A stretch of DNA of 64,000 nucleotides from Yuukianura sp. NJ FZ-2021. Lineage: Eukaryota. Of the stretch, positions 13,801 through 28,100 are shown one piece after another. The first letter of the stretch is position 1; every line of letters starts with the position of its first letter. The position numbers and the translations under genes were made by a program. The stretch is from the NCBI GenBank assembly GCA_046563655.1, contig CM102290.1, positions 9,672,001-9,736,000 on the forward strand, read 5' to 3'. The notes under the pieces are model-generated. The model saw only the letters and a program-made list of their open reading frames with translations, searched no databases and was not told the DNA's origin.

Positions 13801-16800
13801 CGGAATTGCTTTACAGTCTCCACCTTCAGTTTCTAAAGGACTTCCGCAGTTTTGTACAGCACAAACAATCTAAATAGAATAAGAACATAAAATTCAGATG
13901 TTTTTCATAATTTTTTCAAAATTCGACAGTTTCAACTTTGAAATTTTGAAATTTCTCTTTACTTCTCCTCGCATGCAGTAGCAATGTTCACAAGGAGCTT
14001 CTCCTGGCGTCGGAATCTGGGATCCATCTCGATAAAATTCTCCTTCCCGCATGCAGCCTCCCGCATGCGGTAGTGGCGTCGGTGTGTTAAAAATGGTTGC
14101 CATTGTGGTCGAAATGAGTCCAGCGATCGTTGTGGTTTCAATTCCAAGCGGAAAGTCACATTTGTAGCGAACTGGACAGCAAACTCCATGTTGAAATACA
14201 GGTTCACATCCTTCGATATGTAAAATGCATTCCTGCATCACACAAGCCGTCCGATTTCGGATGCAGTAACAGAGTTCGCAAGGTTTTTCTGGATCCGAAG
14301 CTACTTGAGCACCATCAGGATAAAATTCTCCACCAATCTGACATCCGCGTTGAGACGGCAAGGCCACGGCGGTTGATTCTGCAGGTCCAACGGTCGTCGT
14401 GCTCACGGACAGTCCTGGAGTCACGAGACTTACGGGAACTGAAACAATTTCCGACATGAAAAAATTAGAAAATGACAAAAAATTAATAGTTTCCCAATTC
14501 ACGAGCATGGAAATTCACGATTTTTGAAAAGATGAGTTATTGAGTGGTGAATGGCATCATGACTCTTTCATTGTTTTGTGAATTGATGGCTAATTGCTGA
14601 CGATTGTTGCCAATTGATTGTTACCTTCTGGGCAAGTGATTGTTGGACAACATTGGTCAGGCTTCTTCTCCACTCGACAGTCTTGTCCAATAGGTTTCGT
14701 GAAGGGACAGACCCTGAGATAGCACATGAGCATCGAGTTGTGACAAGTACAGTTGAGACATGGTTCATTCGTTAGGATCCGATCACCTTCCTCGTAGTGA
14801 GCAAACATGTAGTAGCACCCTCCTGCCAAAATCAACGTCAGTATATTAATCCAGGAAATCAATCAACTTGTCAAACAACAAACCAATCATTGACAGAGAC
14901 AGGTCGCCAAAAGTCAAAAGTGATCAGTCCATTCACAAACTACGTCAAAGTACAAGGGGGACAACAAAAAAAAATTGCGCAGCGTCCATTACTATTAACA
15001 AAAATGCAAAATTAACAAAAATTCATACATCCTCAAAATTCATTGTTAACTCAAAAATAAAAAATTTGTGAATATTTGCATAAGTTGTTTGCTTGTTTCG
15101 CTTCTCGAGAAGAAAATCTGCTTTTCTTTGCAATATACAACTTCACTTCTCCCGTTGTTGGGTGTATAACGCGCACTGTCTTTTTGTATAACGCGCATCT
15201 TTGCTCGTTGGTTTTGGAACATTTTTTGTTTCGTGACTACAGGAGAGAAAGAATAAAGTAAACGGAGCATTGTGTTGCAGTTTTTTGACTTTTCGCAAAA
15301 GTGAAAAAATTTGGAATTTGCATTGGTTTAATGATGACGTAATTTGTGAATGGGAAAGGAAGCAATTTCCGGTTCGAGGGAACTTGAATTTTTGTGAGTT
15401 GGAGTAAGTGTCACTTTACCTTCACTCTCATCGTCTTCCACTGCAGGAGCTGTATGTAATAAAACGAAGTGAATTAGTTGTGTTGAATTAAAATAATTGT
15501 ACACTAATTGCTAAGTATGTCTCTGCTCTTGTTGGTGGGAACAAGGAACCCACGTCCCCCCAGGGGGAAAAGTAACGGCGCTCAGTCAAATACAAAAGCG
15601 AATCAACGGCTTTGGTCTAAAGTCAAGTCGTTCCGTCTGCATTTTTCCTACGGAAGGAAACATGAGTCTCCAAAAAAAATTGCAAATCTCACCCCATCAT
15701 CTGACTCTCAAATGTCCGAATCTTAATTGAAGTTCCAAAGGAAAGGAATAAGTGAATGACATTGAATCTCCCGCGCGCCGGCATTTTTTTCTAATTTCCC
15801 ACCGCAAACTCTTCTCTTCACAAGAAATCAAACAACCAGTTTCCGCATTCCCAACATCCCGCTCTTACACCGCCCTCACTTTTTATTCAACTCCCTTTCA
15901 AACGTTTTCGTTTTTCTTTACCACTCTTCAACCTCCGTAACATCACATAATTAAATCTCGCATAACGTAATTCACCATAACATTATTTAGTATAATCCAT
16001 TCCTACATAACCATACGTTTCAAAATTTCAACCCTTTAGTTTCAAAATTTATCTGAAGCTCGCGGACAAAAATTGGGTTAATTTCGATTTTGTGTTTCTC
16101 CTATCATAATGTCAGTCGGGAAAGTTTTTTTTTGAAGTTAACAAGAAATTATATTTTTCATAAATTCAATTGAAATGAAAAACTTTGGTTAGGCTACCAT
16201 CTAAAACTTATCAACATAACATGAAAACTTGTTTTAAAAAACTTTTTTTCATTTTTTTTTTGAAAACATAAGTTATAGGAAGTTTCGGAAGATGATGACG
16301 GTGGGTTGGGCAGCAGACGAAGAAAGAAGAAGGATAATGTTACGCTACAACTGAAAGCATCGAGATTTGAGAGTGTTTTATGATGATGTGCGTGAGAAGT
16401 TGACCGGGGGCAAGGTCACGTGTGGGAAATTGACTTTTTGCCTTGGCAGAGCATTAAATTGAGCTAAAAATTGGTCCATCCATGCAAAAGTACATATGTA
16501 ATGTTCAAAGTAGGGGGAGGGGGGATAAGCTCAAGGAAGAGGAGAGGGGGGGGGGTGAGATTTCAGAGGTCATTGACCTTAGGTACCTCAGGAAACAAAT
16601 TTATAAGTACTAATCCCATTCTCCATCATCAATCATCATCATTCCGAAACGGAACTCGACTCGAACAAACAGAGAAAAAAACATCATCTTTTCCTTTTCT
16701 GAATTTTTTTTAAAAACAATTTCCCTCTCTCTTCCTTCCGTTTCGACTCCACTTACGTTTTTCCAAAAAAAAAGTTTTTCCAATTCAAAAATGACGCCTA

Positions 16801-17483
16801 AGTACCTCTTCACTACCTAGGTCATTGGCACATGCTCATGGGACCATGACCTTCAAAAACGCACTTCAAGATCTCCATCTCTCTTGAGAACTTTGGTAAT
16901 TTGTTGTTTGTAAGTTTTCATTTTACGAAAAAGTTTTTTTTTTAGTTTGAGAGTTTACGATCCTGAAAATTTGCACGAATTGCAAATTCTTGAGCGTTTC
17001 CTGTCCATGTTTTTCCTTTTCAAATAACTCAGAAAAGGCTTCACGCCTTTCATCTACTCTCGAAATCGTTTTCACACGGTTGTCCAGTACCAAAAGAACT
17101 GCCCAAATTTTATATTTTTTTTTCTAAGATTTTGAGGTCGTAAACTTTGAAGTGCAAATAATTGTCTCATAAAATCAACCCGCTGGTTTTTTAAAACGTT
17201 TTCTTAAAAAAAATCGTGTACCCAAGTACCCCACGCTGAAAAAACCTTGAACTTGGCCAACATTGGGTTTCAAATTTTGGCAGTAAATTTTAAGTTTCAA
17301 GGAGCGGAATTTAAAAGATTAGTTCGGAAAGTTTAAAATTTTTTAACTTTTCAAAAATTTTGCATTACCTGTTAGGGAGGTTGGGATGATGAGCACTAGA
17401 AGTAGTAGACAATACGAGAGAGCTAGTGGAAGGTGAAGGTAGGTGGACGACGGTGGCCTCCTTGAAGACGTTCCGACCGTCAT
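1870..17483 (-). CDS. tnc: Tenectin/tenebrin-like secreted ECM protein: signal peptide, multiple VWC domains, two long Ser/Thr/Pro/Glu mucin-like regions
   Basis: Phase-consistent exons 17483-17369 (signal peptide), 15449-15420, 14822-14625 (GCYYMFAHYEEGDRILTNEPCLNCTCHNSMLMCYLRVC), 14438-13963, 13869-13761, optional 13565-13524, 13023-9457, 3810-2157 (SAQQIPRDDPCDFCFCFRGDIICLQQSC), 1963-1870 (stop TAA). The VWC motifs match what I recall of insect tenectin. Confidence 0.85.
3890..9020. repeat. Intronic tandem array of ~320-bp palindromic units (~16 units), MITE/foldback-like satellite
   Basis: AAAAAACCATGGACTATAGTCCATGGTTTTTT recurs every ~320 bp from ~4150 to ~8330 and is collapsed at ~8620 and ~8920. 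A second imperfect inverted repeat lies inside each unit. Confidence 0.95.
11280..12560 (-). repeat. Coding minisatellite, ~57 nt / 19 aa (PEExGKPTTLHPSATETS-like) in the tenectin-like mucin exon
   Basis: Repeated KPTTLHPSATETS(L/V/I)PEE units in ORF 9440-12943. Confidence 0.85.
13143..13318. mobile_element. Small MITE-like element in an intron
   Basis: 20-bp terminal inverted repeats GTGTTCACAAATTACGTAAC / GTTACGTAATTTTTGAACAC with 1 mismatch. Confidence 0.5.
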
Positions 17484-18609
17484 GTTGGCCTGGACTGGCG
17501 CAGAAGGACTATGATGGACTACACCCAACTTCCCAGTCTACCTGAAAGTTTGAAAATTGCAAAGTTCAAAAAATTGGCGCCATAATGCTACTACATAATT
17601 CCCTCTGTTTAAAACCGCAAGAGCAGCGACATTAAAACTCACAGAAACCTCATAGGTTAAGGTGTCAATTAAGTCGTTCCCTTCGTGCAGTCGAACAATC
17701 ATAGTCTGGTTCAAGTTCAAACGAAATGTTTGCGAAATCCACCAATCACAGAGGAGCGTCAAGTTCAAATAAAATGTGCGCGAAATCCTGTGATTGATGC
17801 AAAGGAACAACGCATGAACCTCACAAACAATAAAAACCTCAACAACGGATCTTTTCTTCTCACAATAATTTCTTTCTTCACTCGTAAAAAATGTTTGATT
17901 TTGAGGGGTCACGACCCTCTTCCGGAATCATAATCTCAAAAAAATTAACGCCACACTTTCATCTGAAATTTCAGTGCCAGAATTCTGTCTCCAAATTCGG
18001 TGCCAACTAAAAAGTCAAGAACAAAAAAACGACGGAGAGGAAGGCTTATCTGTAAAAAAGACAAAATTTGCCAATTCTGCTCAAAATTTCTTGGAAATTC
18101 TGAGCTTAGCGAATCTGAACTTTTACCAAAATTTGTTTCTACTCTCAGGAAGGAATTCTTTTTCAAAGTTTAGAAAAAAAAATCGTTGGCGATAGTCTGA
18201 CGTTGGGAATGGCAACATCAATTTGACAATCCTTCAACCATCCATCTATCTCTCAATCTCCGAAAGTGAATAATAATTTTTAAACCAGTTTTTCTCCGTG
18301 TTTTTTTTTCCACCAAATTGTATGGGAGAAACATAAGGGAAAGGAAGATGTTTGAAAATTTTCGTAGTTCCATAGGCCTTCCTCCTTTTGCTGCCTTGAC
18401 TTGTCTTCTCCCGTATTTCCAAGCTAAGATTACTACTCTAGAGACAACAATCAGGAACAATGGTTCGATGAACTTCGTCATTCTTCCTCACACTCACAAC
18501 CATCCATCGTCATCATCATCACTTGTGTCTCTCTACACCCCTCAACACTACTTATGAACTTTTTCTCAACTTCCGGAACCAATCAACTGTCAATCACTAA
18601 CATATACGA

Positions 18610-18825
18610 ACATACACCTCGTACTGGGCAGTACAACCAAACATATACGAACATACACCACATACTGGGCGCTACAACCTAAGATGACATACACCACATA
18701 CTGCGCACTACAGCCTAAGATGACATACACCACACACTGGGCACTACAACCCAACATAACATACAGGACATACTGCACACCTCAATCTAACATAAAATAC
18801 ACCACATACTGCGCCATACAACGCA
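18610..18825. repeat. 36-bp minisatellite, ~6 diverged copies
   Basis: CATACACCACATACTG(G/C)GC(A/G)CTACA(A/G)CCTAAGATGA recurs with period 36. Confidence 0.8.
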
Positions 18826-21767
18826 CTTCGTTACACAGCTTTCTTCACTTCAAAAAACATTCGGCAGTACATACACACTTGTGCAACAGTAGCAGTATAC
18901 CACAACGCACGTACGCATGAGAGACAACATAGCGTAAACACACAGAACAACATTATATATTCTCACATTACAACCCAACAACAAACGTACTTTGCAAAAT
19001 ATATACCAACATACGTACAGTGTCAAACATTCGTATGCTAAAATAACATATACACATGGTATACACAAACTGTACCACAACATTCTCAAAAAGTATACTA
19101 TACTCACAGTATTCTGGTAAATGCGATGACGTAACGTACTGAACCGTATACGGATACTAACATTAACATACTGAACAACATATTATGTACAATAACATTA
19201 TCATACAGAGCTGAACATTGTAATATAGTGACAACACGCTCGTTAAATAAAATGTATTTTTAGGCCTTAGGAAATTTCTGAGCAGCAAAGTCGTTGAAAC
19301 TGAGTACGCACTATACAAACTGTTTTAAAAATTTGCACAAAACCTGAAAGGCTGCGACCTTGCAGTAATAAAGACTGATGAGATGAGCCAGTTTAGTGAT
19401 CTTAACCAACTTGGTAACCACAAACTGCCCGATCAGCATAACTTACCTTAACTCACAAAGTTACCATAACCATAACTATACCAAAAGTAGCCATAACCAT
19501 AACGAGTAACAAAGGGAGTATTATAACCTCTTGAGTAAATATAATCAATGGAAAGTGGTGTATGATGATCTTCTACAATTGTAAAATAAGTTGTCGTTCA
19601 TTTCCTTATTGTTACATTAGCAATTCCACAATTCTTTTCTTTTGTTATATAACTTTTAGCTAATGTTTAGTAACCAGAATTTCACGCCTTCAATTCATTA
19701 TGTTCATTAATTTCTACTCCAATAAATCAAACCACCCCGTTTTTTTCAAAACGTAATTTGTAATCAATTGGAAAATCTGTTCTTGTTTCCAAAAAAAAAA
19801 TTGCACAGTTGCACTTTGCAAAAAAAAAATCAAAAGCTTTTTTGTTGTTAAATTTCCTTCCTTTTCTACCTTTTCCTTTTACCTTGAAATACATTTGGTT
19901 TACGCCTTCAAAAAAAAACGGAGATTTTGAGTGATGTGTGAAAAGGGTGAATGACCGGAACGGAACTGTGCAAATCTTCCCAGAAATGCAATTTCTTTTC
20001 TCCGCACTGGACTTCCTTGCAAAATTCATATTTTTTACACCAGCAATAAAATCCCTTCTTCCGAAAATCAACCTAACACATCCTTAACTCCAAAAAGTTA
20101 AGCTAAAGCCTAACTAACCTAACCTCAGCCTAACTAACCTAAGTTTCGTTTTGCTTTATTTTATTTAAAAGATGACATTTGATTTTGATTGAGATTGACG
20201 ACAAAGAATCCGGCCTAACCTTGACATTTGAAACAAAGGCGTGAAAGAGACAAAAGTTGTAGTTTAATTACGAAATGATTAAAGTTAATTAATAAACAAT
20301 AATTAAAGACGACAAGAAGGGAGTGTGAAAGTGAAGCTGTTTAGGACTGTGTCATCGTCCTAAGGACTTGTGTCTTGAGGCTGGACCAGTATTTTTGCCC
20401 AGGTCATTGTCACCCCCTCCACACTTAATTTCATCCCTCAAAAACCGCATCTTTAAAAAAACCTAACCGTCCAGTCACATCATACAATTAAAACACAATT
20501 TCCTTAACCTAACCTAAAACCTGTTCAACATTCCTCACAAAACTGTCACCGGACATCACAAATAACAGTGTCCAATTTACAAACAAAAATCCCAACTTCC
20601 AAAAATTATACAACTTCCTAACAAGATATCGTCAAACTTTGCATACAAAAAAAGTTTCTCACCAAAGTGTTGGCTTACAAAATGACCTTCGTTGAAAACA
20701 AAAGTTAATTTTTTTTTCATAGTCAGGTTGAAAATCGAAATGTGCAAAATTTCGAGGAAAAAAATCTTTAAGATCCATGTTGAGAGAATTTCAAAACAAA
20801 ATTTAAGTTTGTGAAATTACAGAAAAAAAAAGTTTTCTAAACCAGAGACAAAAACATAAAAAGTGATTTCTAAAAAACATAAAAAGTGACGCGTCTAAAA
20901 TTGATTTTGAGATTTCGGATCAAACTTTGCACGAAAAATAATAAAAAAAAAATTACAATTGCGAAAGAGAAAAAACAATTTGAGAATTTTTTTTTCAAAT
21001 TCATTTGAGACGTTTAAAATTTTTCGATCTGCTTGTTTTGCTTTTAGTTTGTTCAAAATCTCAGCTTCTCTCAGTGAGTATCTCGCTGTTAGCGGCTGCA
21101 ATTTTCATTAAAAGCAGCAATTTGATTTTGACTTGATTTTCGAAATTGGTTTATTTGGTAAGTTTTTCCCTTTAAAGTAAATCTTTAGTTATTGGTTTTG
21201 GAAAACTTTTTCTTTTTTTAGACCAAGACAAATTTCGCACATGGGGAAAGCCAAACTACCGCGACGACCTTGCCACCCAAGTGAGAGTTTTGTAGTGCAA
21301 ACTTTGAGCAGTTAGTAAGTTGAAGATGAGCTAAAAAGTTTGCGTTTGGCTCAAACTAACAGCGCAAGGTCGTCTGACCAAGGATTATTGATTATATCCT
21401 CTTGACTTAATGGAAGTGAAGGAGTTTAAAGTTAACTTGAAGTTAATTAAGTATAATGGAAATGAGAAGCAGAGTTAAGTAAATTGTTTCTAAACCGTAT
21501 CTTCTTCACTAACTCAAGGGAGAGGGTGACCCAAAGATGAGGACAAACTAGTTCTGGAGGTCAGTGGAGGCACTTTTCAAAAATGGTTCTACTCTGCATA
21601 ATTGTTCCGTAAGACCCCGTGCACCAAAATATTGGGAGTGGTAGGCTGCATTTACAAGTCAATTCTAAATCATCTGCTGCAATTTGCAATTCTTCACAAC
21701 TTTGTTCTTCTCATCCCCTCAACCTAATGAATGATGCATCAGGTAGTAGTGAGTAGCGACGCCTTAA

Positions 21768-22136
21768 CGATACTCATGCTCATACTCACTCACAATAACC
21801 TATGACATAGTCGTACTCGTTGACACTAACCTCATGTTCTGACGTAATCCTAGTCATAAGATTACTGACCAAGCGGCTACTCACGCTCATACTCATTAAC
21901 TGCCGACGTCGAAAGTCAAGCTCATACTCATTTCATGCTCATACTCATTCGCCCTGACCTATGTCTTATTCGTACTCGTTGACACTAGACTGATGCTTTG
22001 AGCTGACTCTACTCACATCATTACTGAGCAAGCAGATTAGAAAGATACTCATGCTCATACTCATTTCACACAGGCGAAGATACTCATGCTCATACTCATT
22101 TCACACATGCGAAGATACTCATGCTCATACTCATTA
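21768..22136. repeat. ACTCATGCTCATACTCA repeat cluster including a 35-bp tandem triplet
   Basis: GATACTCATGCTCATACTCATT at 22044, 22079 and 22114; related copies near 21770, 21880 and 21920-21950; TCGTACTCGTTGACACTA at 21811 and 21970. Confidence 0.75.
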
Positions 22137-25100
22137 ACGCAATTGAAACTCACCCATACTTTAAGTGACGCAGTGGCGTATACTCAAACACCCATTTCTA
22201 AAGATGCAAATAGTTTTGCTGTATTTTATGTGGGCAAACGTAAGCATTAATGCTCATGCTCGCTGGCGTATAGGCACACACTCATTGGCGCAGACTCAGA
22301 GCCACTACTACCTAATTGGTTCAACATTTAAGCCATTTTTGGCTGGGTCTCAAAAAACTTGAAAAGTAAGAGTCGTTTTCTGGTGAAGTAACTTCCAAAC
22401 AACTCAACAACAATTCATAAATTCATCTTTCAGTAATATGATTTAACAGGACCATAATCCAATTCCGTAATTTTTTACTAAACGTTACAAACTTCTTCGT
22501 GCCTACCGTGCACTATTGAAATTTCATTACAAGTTTTTTGGGTACAACTTTTCCAACTTTAATATGCTTGTATGTGCACCAATTATTCCAATAAAGTTGG
22601 TTACAGAGGAGCAATATGCAACGTAACCTCAATTCAATCAACGTCAACTTACACTTCAATAGCCTAAAACCTAATGCAACAGCAACTCCACCTCCAAAAG
22701 TGCATCACTTACTACATCTCAACATTTATATCTACCGCTACCGCAATTTCGAAATTCTTGCAAATTTCGAAACCTCCATTTTTAAAAAACATATTTTTTT
22801 TAAACACTTCACTTCTATTTTGTATATAAAATGTTACTCCTATTGAACTTTATTGCTATTGTTTTAATTTTCGAAAAAAAAAACAGAAATGATAAAAGGC
22901 TATTTTTGCACACCTTTTTCCCATGCGCAAACCGTTTCATCGGCGTTCGAAATTTGCAAAACTTCTTTTTTCAGGTTGATGCCGCTCTAGTCTCAACACT
23001 TTTTTCCAAAGAAGCGGAAGTTGGTGCTCGTATAAGGAGAAAGTAAATTGGTGGAACACTTACCTTAAGGCTATTGTCTTCCAGGAATTTTGTTGTGTCC
23101 AGAGAGAAACAAGCTGTCCAGGAACTTTCCAAAACTGACGAGTCCTTGGTACTGGAAGGTTGTTAGACTAGTGGTGACACTGTTGCATCCACTTAAGGAT
23201 GATCTGAAGACGTTGGAGTTTGGTGGTGGGTTGTTGTGTTTCGGAGAGCGACTACTGAGTGTGTGACTGTGGTGACTGGTCAGTGGTCAGACGGACAATG
23301 GTTTCTGAAAGGCCTCGCAAGTGACTCTCCCTCTTTCAATTCCATTCCCAAACTCTGCTCAATTCCGTCGTCTGTGCTGGTGGCTGGCCAACCTCCCGGG
23401 CCCAGGCGACGACAGTCTTCCACGGGGGGAACTTCCTCCGTCCCTGACAAACGAACATGTCCGATGACTGGCAGCAGTTCCCGGTCGAGGTGGACGTCAA
23501 AGAGGAACCACCGAACACTTTTGTTTCCGCTCGCTCTACCGCCGCCATTGTCACTTCTTTGACAACTCAGTTTAGTCTTCACCGCTTTTGACATTTCCGA
23601 CCTAAAAAGAAAAAGAACGGAATTAAAATCTGGTTTGCCAAAAACCATACAAAATTCACCATCAAAAACAGAAAATTGAAATTTTCTGAAGCTAAAGCTT
23701 CAGAAGAAGTGTTGAAAATATTTGCATTTCCCGCAGGACAGAAAATATTTCACGGTTTTTGAACATTTCAAAAACGGTTTTTTGGATTAAGTAAATGGAA
23801 TTGAAGATCATCGACCAAAACAACAGAAAGGAAGAGAAGCTTTGATGCCTCACCTTGTCCAATTAAAACCCGCTTCTTTTCCCCCGCCCCCATTCATCTT
23901 ATTCCCACCACTCCAAGAGGAAACAAAAAAACAAACAATTGGCAACAAACTGACCATTCCATCAAACAAGTTCCACAACAATCAAGAGCAGAAGGAGGAA
24001 AAGGAGAAAGGTGATGGAATGATCGGAATGTGGAAATGGTTTCACTCTTTTCTCAGAACAAACACTAAAAGCTTTGGTACAAAATTCTTGCCAAACATTC
24101 AAAAAATTTGCAAAAATTTTTGCAAAAATTTGCCAAGGTTTTTCTAAGGTTATCGGACCAAACCCAAAAAGAAAACTTTAAAAATCGCACTTCCTTCAAA
24201 AAGTAAATCGGGTTCCGGGTAATTAAAAAAAAAGTTCCGTAAGACTGTTCGACTTTTTTAAACAATTTTTTTTGAAAAGACGCACCATTTGTGGAGTGCT
24301 ATAAAAAGGAGTGTTGGAAATTGACTTGTAAGAGTAGAGAATAGGTGGGTGGGTGATTGTAGCGGAATCTTTGTTGACAAAAGGTTATTTTTGACCTTTG
24401 AAGGAGGAGCGGGAAATTTGAATCAAATATAAACGTCTTGAACGGGACTTTTTATGAAGTCCGGTGCCGGTGAAGAGGTGTTTAATTGATTTATATTTTT
24501 AACATTTTTTTAATACATTTTTAATTTCTTTCGTAAGCGTGAGAAGGGCGGAAGTGCGGGATCTTTTGAAAGGAGAGATGCTGTTCGACTCATCTTCTCA
24601 GATTGAGCTCAGAGTAATATAATTCCACACTAATAAATGATGATGGCATAATGGTAATGAACTTGGAGACATGTGGAGAGACCACGGCTATTAAAAGAGA
24701 ACAATCATTCCTACACGTAACAATTCATAACTCCAATCGGTTCAAGAAAGTACCCACCACTGAAAAAAAAATTGAATGAAATGAAAAAAAAAAATAACAA
24801 AACTTGAAAAACTTTAAAACTAAAGAAAACAGGGAGTGAAAATGCCACTTGAACTGACTGGTGAAGATGTAATTTGCAAAATATCATTTTTGAAAAAAAA
24901 AACTCAAAAACTCCTTCCGCTTTCCCATATTTTCCCACGATGAACCCAAAAATTAAAAAAGTCCAAAATTTTACCTCAAGGTCAAAGTTTTGATTACAAC
25001 GTCAAAATTCTGATCTTGAGGTCAACAGAGCTCAAAGCATTAGCACAGTAATTGATCTAGAACTAAAGTCAAGTTGCGGACAGAGCGACATACTGAAGTT

Positions 25101-28100
25101 ATGAAGTCGCAAAAAAGTTTAGCGTTTGGCGGATTTAAAATTTGGCGTGGGGTTGGTGGGTCTTTGGTCAATGGACTCGACTAGTATAATTCCTGAGTGG
25201 TTGAGTGTCAAGAGCAAATGACGACGGGGGGCTTTTTGGAATAGTCATTTCCCAACACCAGTTAGGATTAATAGCTCATCACAATTTTCCAAAGGCCATC
25301 AATAAAAGGGCTGTGACGGAAGGGAGTCTTATCCCGCTTCTTACCCAAGAGTCAGGCCAAATCAAGGTCAACGTCACCCTGGTCCTGCCGAACTGTTCTC
25401 GTTGTTACCAATGGTTGACGAAGGCGATAAAGTCATCCGACTGCCCCATTTCCTCTAATGTTGGTCTCAATTCTAACTTCGATACTCAACGACAGTTACG
25501 TCTGAATTTTAGTTGTCATCTCCATCGCAGAATCTAGTTCACCAAAATAACAAACCAAATTAATCAAAAGTCAAGTCATCTCCAATAGTTTTGACACAAG
25601 TTGCTCACATTTTTGCCATATTCACATCCCTCCAGTATTCCACGACCTTGCTCCAACATAGTTGCTAATTTCATAACTGAAATCATGAATTGGATAAACT
25701 GAGGTTAAAAAACAAGGTCAGGGGTCAAAGGTCATATGGACCTTCTGGAACAAAGTGTTGAAATTGAGACTTTGTAAGAAGGATGTGACATAATGAACCT
25801 CATCATTGCGTTGTTTGAAAGTGTTGGCTAAACCACGTCCTTGCCCTTGCTTCATCCTCTTCCATTCATTCTTCCATTGTTTTGGTGTGTGTAACAAGAG
25901 ACAGGGGTGATTGGGTCAGTCCGTCGGTCGAAGGTCACACCCAAAGGTCACTTCCTCCTGGAGATACTGATCATCATTTTGGGAACAATTACATAAAATG
26001 AACAGTTGAGAGAAATTTCACCTGTAATTAAGTAATGGTGGACTACAGTGGGATTACAACATCATGCACTTCATGGCACATGGATCAACGGATGATCATA
26101 GGGTACACTCTCCTTCCTTTTTCTTGGATTTTTGTCTTTCTATTGTTCTTTGTCTTTCAATTGTCTTCATCTCCATCTCTTCTTTACAGCACCTAAGATT
26201 TATTTAGCAAGAGAAAAAAAGAGCTGTGAAGTTAATTAGTAATTGGGGGATGAGAAGCTAAATCAAGTTACATTTTTGACTTCCTTCCTTCCTGTCTTTC
26301 GTTTGTAAAATTGTAAAACTGGCCAAAGAGCATTGCAGTTGTGGTGCACGTCCGATGATTGGCCGCTGCTGAGCAACTTCGTAATTCCAACTCAAGGTCA
26401 ACCACCTAACCCAACCAGAAAGAAATTAAAGAAATCATGAAGAGTGATATAACTTAAACGAGTTAGCGTTATGCCTATTTAGTGTAAGAGTAAAAAATGA
26501 ATTCATTTGTTGCAACTTCAGGAATTTGAATTGATTGATGATGAATTGAAATGATTTCCCTTCTCTCACCTTATGTTGATCTCATCCTAGCGTGGAATGT
26601 CGATTCGACAACATACTACGATGGTCGATGTGTCAGAATCTTGTAAAGATACTTGAGCACTGTCAGGTCATTGACACTTTTGCTCCCAACATCCGACGTT
26701 ACGATGAGGACGTGGACGTGTTGTTCATAAACATCAGTTCATGTGGCCGCCTCGCTCTTCTCTGGAATCTGGAATTGAATTTTTCGTCAATTAGAGAACT
26801 GATGAGAGGAATTAAGGAATTGGCAGTTTGGGAAATGGAGCATAATGAGAGGGGCGGCATGAACGTTAGGTTCATAAACTACGTCGCCAAAAAATACCCG
26901 CTTTTGCCGTCTATCCCTTGATTGATTGGAGAATTGATGTGATGCTATCAATTGCTCTAAAAATTAGTTCAAAAATGTAACTGGTTCAGAAAGATTTCAG
27001 CATCAGAAAATATACAAGTGTTGCATTTCATTTTTCATCGGTGGCAACTTATTACCCATTCTCGTGGTGACGTAAAATACGGACGGAGGTATGCCATCAG
27101 TCGCTGATCTTGTCTGTAATTTCTTTTGACGCCATTCAGCTAATCTGCGACTCAAGTTCTGTATATGTTGTGCATCGTGTGCTTTGCTTTCGTAGTGATG
27201 ACAGAGTTGTAAACGATGACATCGGGACCCGACACAACGTGCTAGGACTCATCATCTTTTGCGATCTTGACCTTGAAGGACGGCTCACATCTTTTCTGGG
27301 AAAAAGAATTTAAAAAATTGGTGAGAAACTTGAAGAGTGACTGCCAACAAAACTGGTCTGTGGGGGCCAATCCTTAAAATGGCAAATATAGTACTTTCGT
27401 CGTCTTCAAATCCATTTTAATTCTAACTCAATTTTTATGTTTTAGCAAACTTCCTCAACAACTACTCGAGGTCAAACCTAAAATTACCTTCAAGATCTTA
27501 AAACATTCCGCATCACACATTTTTACGTAAGTGAGGGTTTCGTTTTACATTCTTTACAGGAGTAAAAGCCGCAGGGTTCGTCAGACCCAGAGGAGAGGAG
27601 AAGATCTGCTCTAAACCACTCACATCTCGTGCCCAACGCGTACAATGCTGGCGTTCCCAAATCTCAGCAAACGATACAAGGCACTTGCCATGCTGCCAAT
27701 ATCAACGATTAATTACAAATAATATCCCAGCAATTAATTACAATTAGGTTATGGAAGGTTGACTCACTCTCAGATTCAGGCAAAGGTTTAGTCCAATCGA
27801 TTCAGCAAACAGGTCAATAGGCGATTCATAGTAGAGCAATTGCATTAATTGAGAATCCGTTCCAGCGATACATCATACGAAGATACGATTCGTCCTGATG
27901 CCCAAAGACTCGAGTGGACAGGACCGGACTACCCTGCAAAGAAAAGAATGAACGCCATGAGAAATCATAAAGACATTAAGGAATTAACAAATGAGTAGGA
28001 TTAAAAACATGTTATTTTAAAGGATTTATCCAAGAAAGCAAATCGTTTTGCTCTTGAGTTTTCGTGAATACAGAAATTCTGCATGCTTTAAATATTTTTC

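Noticed and set aside
20105..20142. CCTAA-like runs as interstitial arthropod telomeric repeat
   Set aside because: Too short and degenerate to support.
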